Source of the DNA: Eledone cirrhosa
Taxonomy: Eukaryota
NCBI GenBank assembly: GCA_964016885.1
Contig: OZ024741.1
Span: 180,916,001 to 180,980,000 of the forward strand
Reading direction: 5' to 3'
DNA length: 64,000 nt
Notes under the pieces: generated by a model
Told to the model about the DNA's origin: nothing
The model's input: the letters and a program-made list of their open reading frames with translations, nothing else
Database searches by the model: none
Program-made: the position numbers and the translations under genes
Part shown: piece by piece, positions 31,780 through 45,630 of the stretch
Position numbering within the stretch: the first letter of the stretch is position 1
Layout of the letters: the number at the start of each line of letters is the position of its first letter

Positions 31780-33720
31780 CCCACATACCCATCTTCACCC
31801 TCATCAGCTCTCAAACGAGCAGTCAGGTCTAAATCTCCAGGATAACCGGAGACCAAGCAGGACTAGTGGTAGCTCATCACACCAAAGTGAAACTTGTAGC
31901 TCTGGCTTTGATTGCAGCTTTTAGTTGGCGGTAGAAACATTCTATCATCCCATTTGCCTGTGGGCAATAGCTTGAGTCGCATGTCTAGAGATGCCAAGGA
32001 GTTTGTGGAGCTCTGATCAAAGTGTTGATGTCAATTGTAGACCTCTATTTGATGTTATATCTTCTCGAACGCCAATGCGAGATATCCAATGATGAAAAAG
32101 TGATGAGGTACATATTTCAGAGTGAGCTTTTTGAAGGGGGATAGCTTCTGGCCATCTTGTAAATTTATCAATGATTGTAAAAATGAGTGTCATTCCATTA
32201 CTGGATGGTAGAGGAAAAACAAGATCCACATGTAGACTTTGAAACCTTGCTGTGTATTTTTGACGTTCTCTTAATGGGGTTCTGGTATGTATGAGTATTT
32301 TTGAAGATTGCCAAGCGTGGTATTTTTTGCACCACTTTCTAATGTCTATCCGCATTCCTGACTACACAAAATGTTTGTAGATTGCACGAGAAAGGTTGTG
32401 AAATAGTCAAATATCTTGCTCGTCCACAGAGTAGGAGTTATTAGTCTTGGAGAGACAGTAGATACGTCACACATTAAAGAGATATTTCATAAGTTGTTTC
32501 TTTGGTTGAATTATAGTGTTATTCACATAAAAATCCCATTTCCTCTATCTAATCCTTGGCTAGCTGTTCAAAGTTGATTGAAGGCAGAGGCTGTTGAGAT
32601 TGTTGAAATTCACATTAGCTTCTTAATTTATCAATCAATCTCCCGTATGTATGGATCCTACACGTGAAAGTGTGTCTGCTACAATGTTTAATTTACCCAT
32701 AACATGTTGAATGTAATTTGTGAATTCAGCAATGAATGAAAAATGTCTTGTTTGTCATGGAGACTTTCACTTTTGCTTTGCAAACTTGAGTAGAGCGAAC
32801 GCTTGCATGAGAAAAGTTGCGAAAACAGCAACAAATTTTGCGTTTCCATACATTAGGGATTATTGGTCTTGGAGAGCCAGTAGATAGTGCCGCAATAGCT
32901 GTGTTTGAAGCATCAACAGTAAGACTAGTTGGTAAGTCTGGAAAATGATGATGTAGAAGTATAGCGCTGCTCAGTAAATCCTTGACTGTATCAAACGCCT
33001 CTTGGCAATCTGACGATCATTCTATTTTCTGTCCCTCACCATGAGCTTGTTGATGTAGTAAAGCAAGTATTTCTGCAACACTGGGCAGAAATCTATAATA
33101 ATAATTGACCATTCCCAAGAAACGTTGTAGTGCAGCGCGAGAATCTGGTGTGGGATATTCACGAAGTGAAATAACACGCATAGGAAGAGGTTGAATGCTT
33201 TGATCTGTGATGAGATGAATTAAGAATTCGAGGTGTTTTACTTCGAAAACACATTTGTTGATAAAAGAATGAAACATTCTTTGACATAATCAAAATGTTC
33301 ACTTTTTGAATGCGATGCAACTAAAACATCATCAATATACACAAACGAGAAAGGAATATCACGAGGAATACTATCCATGAGTTTTTGGAAAGTTTGTGCA
33401 GCACTTTTCAAACCAAAAGGCATCCGTAAAACTTCCCACAATCCAAATAGAGTAGTGACTGCTGTTTTAGGTATTGATTCCGTTGCCATTGGTATTTTGT
33501 TGTATCCTCCGATTAAATCAACTTTTGAGGAAATAGTACCTCCAGCCAGGTGACTATCTAAGCCTTGAATATATGGTAATGGGTAGTGGTCATCAGTTGA
33601 GTTGGCATTGATGAAAGGAAAATTTCCATAGGGCCCCCAGCTGTCATTTTATTTAGGGACCATGTGCAGTGGTGAAGACCAAGCTGCGTTTGAGCGTCTT
33701 ACTATTCCCATTCCATCTTA
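31780..33720 (-). mobile_element. Decayed Ty3/Gypsy pol (RT, RNase H, integrase)
   Basis: KTAVTTLFGLWEVLRMPFGLKSAAQTFQ, YIDD, LQRFLGMVNYY, VDAS and HVDLVFPLPSSNG..IDKFTRWPEAIPL in RT-RH-INT order, with stops and deletions. Confidence 0.93.
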
Positions 33721-34955
33721 GACTATAAGAACCCTTGTATACAAAACATAGCTTATGGCACCATTGTAATGTTTCCAAGGAAACAACATCGTCTCTATAG
33801 AAAAGATAGTCAGGTATAAATATATAGAATATTCAAATTTGATTTGTATAAAGGTGTAAAATCCGACCCCACTTCAATGATTCTACCCTATATATTGATT
33901 GAACGATTTTAATCGCCTGGAAAAGCCAGCTTCAATAAAATATGACATAATGAATAGAATAGTTGAACCATCTAGAACGTCTCTCAACGAGATCAGCTAA
34001 ATAATCACACCCATTCTTTCTCTACAAACAGTGCCAGCGTTACCATTAGACTAACTTGGCAGCTGCATAGGGCATAGGACATTAGAGAAGCGCATTACTG
34101 AAGTTTTATATAAATTTGCATAATTAACTTGACTATGTAATAATTTCTTGCGATCAACAGATAAATCGTGAAACATATTTGCCGTGTAGTGGTTCTCTGG
34201 AAATATCCAAAGCAGTGGAGAGGATCGTATGGTGCTATGGCCTCTCACATGATTTAGTGGTGGTGATTGTGGCCTGTGTAGTGGAAAAGGTAGGCTTAGT
34301 AATTGTCTTAATGTTGTCAGAGTAAGAAGAGTATGTATGTACATATGTATAACAAAACATATAGAATAACGTCCACTCTGATTAAAACGAAGAAACAAGA
34401 ATGAATAAAAACTGTGAGGACATTTTCAATAAAAACGAAATCAATAAAACAAAAGCCTAGTTTAAATCAGGGCTTCTCAAAGTGGTCGATAGAGACCTCT
34501 AGAAGTAAATAACATTTCGGCAGTGGTTAACAAAATATAGCGGCCTACTAAGAGAGAATTTACTAGTTTGTATTTACTAGCTTTTTCAAGTTCGTGTATG
34601 GGGAAATCTAGGTTTAACTGTATACGTTACTTATGAAACAAGCAGTTTGAACATAAAAGATGGTAATTTGTAGCTCAAATTCACAAACATACAATCGAAT
34701 ATATTTCATTTACCCGTGTCCACCAATCCCATTACAAAATATCATTCATTATTCATATCAGTTGTATTAAACAGTGGTAAATTACTCGTTTGGAAATTTC
34801 ATATGGATTAATTGTTTGGGGTGAATAGAAATTAGATTTCGTTCCAAATAAAATGTTTGAGAAATCCTGGTTTAAATATTTAAATCAAACCAAACACAAC
34901 TGTGTTGAGATGTATTTTTACTATAAGGCAAGGTGGTACGCCACTTTTATCTTGA

Positions 34956-35068
<113 letters not shown>

Positions 35069-35520
35069 AATTTTGTTTATACCCTTTAATAGCTATTCTA
35101 GCCTCCTATCGCGGTTTGATACCATGCTTAAGGTGAGTTGTCTTTTCTTTCCTCTTCCTCTGTTCCCCGTTCTTTCATTCTTTCTTTCTCTCCCTCCCAC
35201 TTTTGCTTTCTTTATAGATAATAGATACACACACACACACACACACATTTATATATATATACATCCTTGTTCTCTGTTTCAACCTTTTCTATTTTTGATC
35301 TGCTTGTCACCCACCTTGTGGATTATCTCTCTCTTGACCACTGTGTGTGTTTCTTATACATACATACGCACTCACATGCACACACACATACATATCAGTG
35401 GCGAAGGGTAACCTGGAAAGCAGGGCATGCAGCCATGGCAGAAAGTGGGGCTGTGCAACCTTACCCCGCCCCCAATTCCCTCTAAATGACCCTCCCGGTA
35501 AAAGCCGCATGTAGTGTTAT

Positions 35521-35570
<50 letters not shown>

Positions 35571-36014
35571 CTTTTTATGTGTCTACAATTTAGTAAGCAG
35601 CCAAAATTCTGCTTGCTTCAACCGACGCAATTGATCAACTCAAGATTCTATAACGCGTGCACTGCATGCGTTGCATGCACGGACCCTTCTCCCCTGATAC
35701 ATATATATGTGTGTATGTATGTATTAGATCGACATATATATATATACATATATATATATATACATATATATATACATATATATATATACATATATATATA
35801 CATATATATACATATATACATATATATACATATATACATATATATACATACATATAAATACATATATATATATACATATTTATATACATATATATATATA
35901 TACATATATATACATACATATAAATACATATATATAAATACATATAAATCCATATATATAAATACATATAAATACATATAAATACATATAAATACATATA
36001 TATAAATACATATA

Positions 36015-36046
<32 letters not shown>

Positions 36047-36320
36047 CATATAAATCCATATATATAAATACATATAAATACATATATATAAATACATATA
36101 TATATACATATATATATATATACATATATATATATACATATATACATATATAAAGAATTAGTATATCTACCAACATATATATACAGATGCATACCTATGC
36201 TAACAAATATATAGGTTTTGTCTTAGTAACTTTGTGGTTCAATGCAAGGGGATGCAGAACAATTATATGAAAGACGTAAAATAAGAAAATTATAAAAATT
36301 AACTTACTTACTAAAATTTC

Positions 36321-36403
36321 ACTCCAACTAATTAGTTTCTGAAAGGGAATAAACATGGTTTCTGAATGGAAGACATGGAGAATGCCTTTCGTCATCAGGA
36401 AGT
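36321..36403 (-). ncRNA. Type I hammerhead-like motif upstream of a Penelope-like ORF
   Basis: Minus strand reads ACTTC-CTGATGA-CGAAAGG...CCTTTCA-GAAA-CTAATTAG-TT-GGAGT, with palindrome ACTAATTAGT. Confidence 0.68.
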
Positions 36404-36726
36404 CAATTCTCAGCTAAGTTCCCATGCGATGCGTGGACACAGGGAACTTATACAAAAATAATTAGGTGGATGGAAAAAAGCAAGTGTGGACTAAATTCCA
36501 AGATATTGAAAAAAATCACTGCCTACTTGGTCGGTGGCAAATTCAAAAGAATCAATCACGTGACATCGAGGTTAATCAGTGAGGAGTGGGTGTTAAGAAG
36601 ACAGTAGCCGAACTATTACTATGAACTATAGTAGCAGTTTTTGCAAATTTTTGCTTAACAAAATAATTTGGAGATAATTATAAAGAATTAGTATATCTAC
36701 CAACATATATATACAGATGCATACCT

Positions 36727-38467
36727 GGTGACGTTGCCAACCTATTTATGGTATGGTGGGAAAGGAGACTTAAAGATCTCCTTGATGAGATCTCCATAGA
36801 CCTCATCATGTACTCTCGTTACGTAGACGATATCAATATAGAACATCCCCACAAGAGAGCACTAACAAGTTTGATTTAGAACGTAGCACAATGGACAGCA
36901 TCCAGAAGATAGCTAATTCCATACACCAGAGTATAACTGTAACTATCGACTACCCTTCCAAACACCCTAACAATAGAGACTACCTGTATTAGACACGGAA
37001 CTCTGGATTAATACTATAGACGAGAGAGCCCAAATTCTCCACTCACACTATGCTAAACTCATGGCCTCCAAATACCTGATACTCAAAAACTCAGCAATGT
37101 CCAGTAGTGCTAAGTTTAATATTCTGATCGCAGACTTGGTACGAGTGATGAAGAACGTGTCCCGCATGTGCGATCCAACAGAAATGGAAAGACACATCCA
37201 ACACTTCATCAACTGCATGCAGTTCTCTGGCTACACCAAAGAGACAGAATCAGAGTATACGAAGGAGCCACGGAGAAGTATAAGACCCTCATAGAACTGG
37301 ACATGAAATAAATTTTCCCATTATACAGGAGCAAATCATGGAATAGCTTAGATAGGGCTAGACATAAGATAGGGAAAGCCACCTCATCGTACGACAACCA
37401 GAGATACCAGAGTGTCATGTTTGTGGACGCTACCCCTGGTGGGAAATTAGCTAACTAGTGTAGAAAGGCCCTGAGAAAGACCCACTTAAAGATTAAGGTG
37501 GTAGAAAAGCCAGGAACCACCATAAAATCCCTGATCAGCAAAACCTACCCTTTTAAGAAAACCCACTGTACTAATAGGAAATGTATCATATGTAAGGTAA
37601 ACCCCCGGATAAACTGTAAAACTAGAAACGTAGTCTATAGCATAAGATGTACAGAGGGTACTTGCAGAAACATGACAACAACATACATAGGCTAGACAGC
37701 TCGTAGCATAGGTGAAAGTATAGACCAACACTGGGGGGAACTAAAAGGACGAAAAAACGGTTCAGTACTATACGAACATGCCAGACAACAACACGACGGT
37801 AACATAGACAACATAGAAATTAGAATAATATCTAAACATAGAAATGACCCAGCAGATAGGCAAATCAGAGAGGCCAGTGAAATAGAATTTAGAAGGCCAA
37901 GGCTAAACAGAAAAAATGAATGGAATAACAAAAACACCCAAACAAACAACACTGACCTAACAGAAGTATAAATAAATAAAAAAATACATACACAAGCGCA
38001 ATAACAACAAACACATATAAACACACACTAGTAAAGATAGAATACATTAACCAATACACAGTCACCCAATCACGAACACACATCAAACAAAACACTATAC
38101 ACACACGCAAACGCATGCGCAAAGAAAAAAACAACAAAAAAAACAACAAATAAATAAATATATAAACAGACTAAATAAAGATGGCGTAGAAAATACAATG
38201 CAACGGGAGGAAACAATAGCACCACTGACGATGTTGCAGATGTGCAACGAAAGAACTTTGATAAACTATATATATGTGTTTGTGTCTATATTATATCTGT
38301 ATTTTTGACCGTTGGTCAGGCAATGGCAACATTGAGGACCGAATGAATTAAATTAACCGATATAAAAGACACAGAAGCGAAAAGCGAAAACCAACCAAAC
38401 AGTGTGTGTTCTGTTATTAATTCTGGCAATATTACACAAATATGACCCTCCCGAAGTATAACAATAA
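36727..38467 (+). mobile_element. Decayed Penelope-like retroelement (RT C-terminal half + GIY-YIG + 3' region)
   Basis: VANLFMVWWE, YSRYVDDI, LPVLDTELW, CTNRKCIIC and NVVYSIRC...TYIG; multiple stops and frameshifts. Confidence 0.88.
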
Positions 38468-38498
<31 letters not shown>

Positions 38499-38539
38499 CA
38501 TATATACACATATATACATATTTACATATATATATATAC

Positions 38540-38602
<63 letters not shown>

Positions 38603-38605
38603 GAC

Positions 38606-41600
38606 ATATTCACATATATATCGCTATTTCAGAGCATTTATTCCAATTTCTAATTTCTGCCGGACCGGCAACCGCTCTTTCAAACCAGTTCCTGTACACA
38701 GCTAAGTATTCTATAAGTCTCTAGCTGTGTCATTCTCGATAAAAGCACTGGATATGTAGTCCTGATGAATTCTAACAAGAATGAAACGCGTAGATTACTT
38801 CCCTTGCTTTTATCGAGAATCTAATTGTAATACGTGACGTATTCTATTCTATAGCGATTAGGTCTTCAAAATGTTTATTATAAACATACAGAATATTTTC
38901 GAATATTCTATGTCTATATTCACATATATATCGCTATTTCAGAGCATTTATCCCAATTTCTAATTTCTGCCGGACCGGCAACCGCTCTTTCAAACCAGTT
39001 CCTGTACACAGCTAAGTATTCTATAAGTCTCTAGCTGTGTCATTCTCGATAAAAGCACTGGATATGTAGTCCTGATGAATTCTAACAAGAATGAAACGCG
39101 TAGATTACTTCCCTTGCTTTTATCGAGAATCTAATTGTAATACGTGACGTATTCTATTCTATAGCGATTAGGTCTTCAAAATGTTTATTATAAACATACA
39201 GAATATTTTCGAATATTCTATGTCTATATTCACATATATATCGCTATTTCAGAGCATTTATTCCAATTTCTAATTTCTGCCGGACCGGCAACCGCTCTTT
39301 CAAACCAGTTCCTGTACACAGCTAAGTATTCTATAAGTCTCTAGCTGTGTCATTCTCGATAAAAGCACTGGATATGTAGTCCTGATGAATTCTAACAAGA
39401 ATGAAACGCGTAGATTACTTCCCTTGCTTTTATCGAGAATCTAATTGTAATACGTGACGTATTCTATTCTATAGCGATTAGGTCTTCAAAATGTTTATTA
39501 TAAACATACAGAATATTTTCGAATATTCTATGTCTATATTCACATATATATCGCTATTTCAGAGCATTTATTCCAATTTCTAATTTCTGCCGGACCGGCA
39601 ACCGCTCTTTCAAACCAGTTCCTGTACACAGCTAAGTATTCTATAAGTCTCTAGCTGTGTCATTCTCGATAAAAGCACTGGATATGTAGTCCTGATGAAT
39701 TCTAACAAGAATGAAACGCGTAGATTACTTCCCTTGCTTTTATCGAGAATCTAATTGTAATACGTGACGTATTCTATTCTATAGCGATTAGGTCTTCAAA
39801 ATGTTTATTATAAACATACAGAATATTTTCGAATATTCTATGTCTATATTCACATATATATCGCTATTTCAGAGCATTTATTCCAATTTCTAATTTCTGC
39901 CGGACCGGCAACCGCTCTTTCAAACCAGTTCCTGTACACAGCTAAGTATTCTATAAGTCTCTAGCTGTGTCATTCTCGATAAAAGCACTGGATATGTAGT
40001 CCTGATGAATTCTAACAAGAATGAAACGCGTAGATTACTTCCCTTGCTTTTATCGAGAATCTAATTGTAATACGTGACGTATTCTATTCTATAGCGATTA
40101 GGTCTTCAAAATGTTTGAATATTCTATGTCTATATTCACATATATATCGCTATTTCAGAGCATTTATTCCAATTTCTAATTTCTGCCGGACCGGCAACCG
40201 CTCTTTCAAACCAGTTCCTGTACACAGCTAAGTATTCTATAAGTCTCTAGCTGTGTCATTCTCGATAAAAGCACTGGATATGTAGTCCTGATGAATTCTA
40301 ACAAGAATGAAACGCGTAGATTACTTCCCTTGCTTTTATCGAGAATCTAATTGTAATACGTGACGTATTCTATTCTATAGCGATTAGGTCTTCAAAATGT
40401 TTATTATAAACATACAGAATATTTTCGAATATTCTATGTCTATATTCACATATATATCGCTATTTCAGAGCATTTATTCCAATTTCTAATTTCTGCCGGA
40501 CCGGCAACCGCTCTTTCAAACCAGTTCCTGTACACAGCTAAGTATTCTATAAGTCTCTAGCTGTGTCATTCTCGATAAAAGCACTGGATATGTAGTCCTG
40601 ATGAATTCTAACAAGAATGAAACGCGTAGATTACTTCCCTTGCTTTTATCGAGAATCTAATTGTAATACGTGACGTATTCTATTCTATAGCGATTAGGTC
40701 TTCAAAATGTTTATTATAAACATACAGAATATTTTCGAATATTCTATGTCTATATTCACATATATATCGCTATTTCAGAGCATTTATTCCAATTTCTAAT
40801 TTCTGCCGGACCGGCAACCGCTCTTTCAAACCAGTTCCTGTACACAGCTAAGTATTCTATAAGTCTCTAGCTGTGTCATTCTCGATAAAAGCACTGGATA
40901 TGTAGTCCTGATGAATTCTAACAAGAATGAAACGCGTAGATTACTTCCCTTGCTTTTATCGAGAATCTAATTGTAATACGTGACGTATTCTATTCTATAG
41001 CGATTAGGTCTTCAAAATGTTTATTATAAACATACAGAATATTTTCGAATATTCTATGTCTATATTCACATATATATCGCTATTTCAGAGCATTTATTCC
41101 AATTTCTAATTTCTGCCGGACCGGCAACCGCTCTTTCAAACCAGTTCCTGTACACAGCTAAGTATTCTATAAGTCTCTAGCTGTGTCATTCTCGATAAAA
41201 GCACTGGATATGTAGTCCTGATGAATTCTAACAAGAATGAAACGCGTAGATTACTTCCCTTGCTTTTATCGAGAATCTAATTGTAATACGTGACGTATTC
41301 TATTCTATAGCGATTAGGTCTTCAAAATGTTTATTATAAACATACAGAATATTTTCGAATATTCTATGTCTATATTCACATATATATCGCTATTTCAGAG
41401 CATTTATTCCAATTTCTAATTTCTGCCGGACCGGCAACCGCTCTTTCAAACCAGTTCCTGTACACAGCTAAGTATTCTATAAGTCTCTAGCTGTGTCATT
41501 CTCGATAAAAGCACTGGATATGTAGTCCTGATGAATTCTAACAAGAATGAAACGCGTAGATTACTTCCCTTGCTTTTATCGAGAATCTAATTGTAATACG

Positions 41601-41722
41601 TGACGTATTCTATTCTATAGCGATTAGGTCTTCAAAATGTTTATTATAAACATACAGAATATTTTCGAATATTCTATGTCTATATTCACATATATATCGC
41701 TATTTCAGAGCATTTATTCCAA

Positions 41723-41723
<1 letters not shown>
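38606..41723 (+). repeat. Tandem array of 310-bp hammerhead-containing units (10 copies); retrozyme/pLTR-like
   Basis: CTGATGA cores at 38762, 39072, 39382, 39692, 40002, 40288, 40598, 40908, 41218 and 41528. One unit has a 24-bp deletion near 40116. Confidence 0.96.
38756..38798 (+). ncRNA. Minimal type I hammerhead ribozyme (first of 10 identical copies)
   Basis: GTAGTC-CTGATGA-ATTCT(AACA)AGAAT-GAAA-CGCG-TA-GATTAC. Stem I is GTAGTC/GATTAC, stem II is 5 bp, stem III is the palindrome ACGCGT, and the GUA cleavage site follows 38792. Confidence 0.92.
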
Positions 41724-41772
<49 letters not shown>

Positions 41773-42283
41773 CATATATACATATATATATACATATATA
41801 TATATATACATATATAGATATATATACATATATATACACATATATATAGATATATATACATATATATACATATATATACATAAATATATACATATATATA
41901 TACATATATATATACATATATATATATATATATGCATATACATACATGTATATATATACATATACATACATGTATATATATACATATACATACATGTATA
42001 TATATACATATATATACATATATATACATACATATATATACATATATATATATACACATATATATATACACATATATATATATACATATATATATATACA
42101 TATATATATATACATATATATATATACATATATATATATACATATATATATATACATATATATATATACATATATATATATACATATATATATACATATA
42201 TATATATATATACATATATATATACATATATATATACATATATATATACATATATATATACATATATATACATATATATATAC

Positions 42284-42357
<74 letters not shown>

Positions 42358-42394
42358 TATATACATATATATATATAGATATATATATATAGCA

Positions 42395-42785
42395 CCACCT
42401 GGCGAAATCTTACAAATCAGTGTTTGGGCACCATGGCCCACTCGAGCAGAGAGTTATTGTTTACAGAGGTATATCCGGGTGTAGGAGGCTTATCCGGGAT
42501 TTCTTGAAGTAATTTATCTAAAGACTTCTTGAACTTGATGGGGTCTGTCTCTGCTTTGATGTGTCTTGATGCAATGTTAAAGAGTGCAGGGCTAATTGAG
42601 GTGAAATAATTGTGCCGTATTGTTATGTGATGCGAGTGAGATTTTTATCGTGGGCGGATAGCACGGGGTCCAAGCCTTGGGTGTACACTAAAGGTGATAC
42701 CAACATCATTTGGGCAAAGCTGATGGAATATTTTCTACATCATACAGATAATGTAGCGCTCACAGCGACGTTGGAGAGAAAATTA
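42395..42785 (-). mobile_element. L2/CR1-group LINE 3' fragment
   Basis: Minus strand SLQRRCERY ... LFNIASRHIKAETDPIKFKKSLDKLLQEIPDKPP. Confidence 0.65.
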
Positions 42786-42941
42786 AGTATATATATATAT
42801 ATATATATATACAAAAGTTTTATTTAAAATTGTTGGGTTACAACAAGTAAATATTTTATAACTGATATAAAGCACTCGACAAGTTTTTGGAGTAGATATA
42901 CGATATTAAACAAATGGAAACTATATTTATAAAACCATATT

Positions 42942-43007
42942 TATTTCATTATACATATTTCAGGGATACCATATTAAAAATATGGCATGCCTTCGTCAGA
43001 TAAAATA
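42942..43007 (-). ncRNA. Type I hammerhead, same family as 31224
   Basis: Minus strand reads TATTTTAT-CTGACGA-AGGCATGCCATATT(TTT)AATATGGTATCCCT-GAAA-TATGTA-TA-ATGAAATA. Confidence 0.82.
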
Positions 43008-43274
43008 CAATATATAACCAGTTTTATAAATAATTTTGACGTACCATAAATATAGCGACCATTAATGTATATGTATATATATCTATATATATATATACAT
43101 ATATATATATACATATATATATATACATATATATATATACATATATATATATACATATATATATATACATATATATATATACATATATATATATACATAT
43201 ATATATATATACATATATATATACATATATATACATATATATATATATACATATATATACATATATATATATAC

Positions 43275-43305
<31 letters not shown>

Positions 43306-43330
43306 CATATATATACATATATATATATAC

Positions 43331-43503
<173 letters not shown>

Positions 43504-43528
43504 CATATATATACATATATATATATAC

Positions 43529-43559
<31 letters not shown>

Positions 43560-43560
43560 C

Positions 43561-43605
<45 letters not shown>

Positions 43606-43854
43606 CATATATATATATATACATATATATACATATATATATATACATATATATACATATATATATATACATATATATATATATACATATATATATATAC
43701 ATATATATACATATATATATATACATATATATACATATATATACATATACATATATACATATATATACATATACATATATATACATATATATACATATAT
43801 ATACATATATATACATATATATACATATATATACATATATATACATATATATAC

Positions 43855-43901
<47 letters not shown>

Positions 43902-43964
43902 CATATATATACATATATATACATATATATACATATACATATATATACATATATATATATATAA

Positions 43965-45630
43965 CAAATTTTGAATACGAAACCAGCAACCTTTACGGAC
44001 TTCCGAAGATCCACAAATGTAAAATAATCAACGATGCCTGTAAACAATCCACCTCAGCCTGCGTGAACACACAATACCCCACAGACCTTAAATTAAGAGC
44101 AATCGTAGCGGGCCCACAATGTGAAACACACAGATTGAGCAACTTTATAGACATACTACTGAAACCAATACTGAAACACATACCAAGCCTTGTAAGAGAC
44201 GATCTGCACCTCTTAAACCACCTCCCCAAACATGTCAACAACGACACTATTATTGTGTCTTTCGATGTAGTGAATCTCTACACAACGATCCCACACCAAT
44301 ACGGAATAGAAGCAATATGATTCTGGCTAGAGAAATATCCCAATGAGATACCTGACAGAATAGAAAAAAGCTTCATCACCGAGGGATTAAAATTCATCCT
44401 ACAGAACAACTTTTTTGATTTCGATGGCAATACTTACAAGCAAATATCGGGGACTGCGATGGGCACAAAAGCCGCTCCAACTTATGCCAACTTAGTCATG
44501 GCATACTTAGAAGTCCAGATATATGAACAGTCCAAATCAAAATACGGATTGAACTTCCACAAATATTTATCAGAGAATTGGAAACGCTACTTGGATGATT
44601 GCCTCATTCTTTGGTCCCACACACTCGACCAACTGAAGGATTTCAAAAACTTAATAAACGGCATCAATAAGCACATCCAATTCACAATGGAATACAGCCA
44701 AGATCAACTCCCATTTCTGGACATCTTAATCACAAAAAAAGACACAAATATCGAAACTGACATACACTACAAACCAACAGATTCCAAACAATATCTGCTA
44801 TTCACCTCCAACCATCCAAAGCACACGAAGACGAACATTCCTTTTAACCTAGCAAGAAGAATTTGCACAATTGTCTCCAATTATGAAACGCGAAATAAAA
44901 GACTTCAAGAATTAAAGGAAATTCTACTTGAGAGAGAGTACCCACTATTACTAATAAATAATGGAATAGAAAGGGCTAAAGCAATAAGCATTGATGAATT
45001 ACGGAAACAGAAACAAATTCAAGGTACGTCCAATATTCTACCATATATCTCAACACACAACCCAAGAAATGCGGAAGCTTACAACACTATTCACAATAAC
45101 ATCCCACTACTAAAACAAAACCCAAGAATGAAAAAAGCCCTTGAAACACACAAAATAATCAAAAGCAAAAGACAACCAAAATCACTGAAAACATTACTCA
45201 CCAATGCCAAATTACCTACCCACAACCAAGTATCAAAAAATGTGGTCGCTCTAATTGTGGAACCTGCACTCACCTCATTGAAGGCAACACGTATACATTT
45301 AAATCAGGACAAAATTTTACTGTAAAAAATCACTTCACTTGCTCATCAAAAATCTAATTTATGCCATTAAATGTAAAGGATGCAATGAAGATTATATAGG
45401 ACAAACTAAACTCACACTCAGAAACAGAATGACAGTTCATCGCCAACAATTACGAGATCCAACCACGAGACAGATACCACTAAGTGCACATCTAGACATT
45501 TGCGCAAGTAATAAGACACCCAAATTCCAAGTCTTCCCATTTTACCTTTGCGCTAACAATACAACAGAACAAATGCGAATAAATAGGAAAATATGTTTAT
45601 TCAAAAATATAGACCAACATTAAATAAGGT
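43965..45630 (+). mobile_element. Penelope-like retroelement (RT + C-terminal GIY-YIG), 5'-truncated and disrupted
   Basis: [43 protein letters not shown], Cys linker CGRSNCGTC, and LIYAIKCKGCNEDYIGQT. Stop at 44318 and frameshifts. Confidence 0.95.

Noticed and set aside
38606-41723. CRISPR-like array
   Set aside because: Whole units are near-identical with no unique spacers, there are no cas genes, and the context is eukaryotic.
44318-44320. In-frame TGA in the PLE RT as possible selenocysteine (as reported for some Naiad PLEs)
   Set aside because: The element has a C-terminal GIY-YIG and several frameshifts, and no SECIS was recognised; an ordinary nonsense mutation is simpler.
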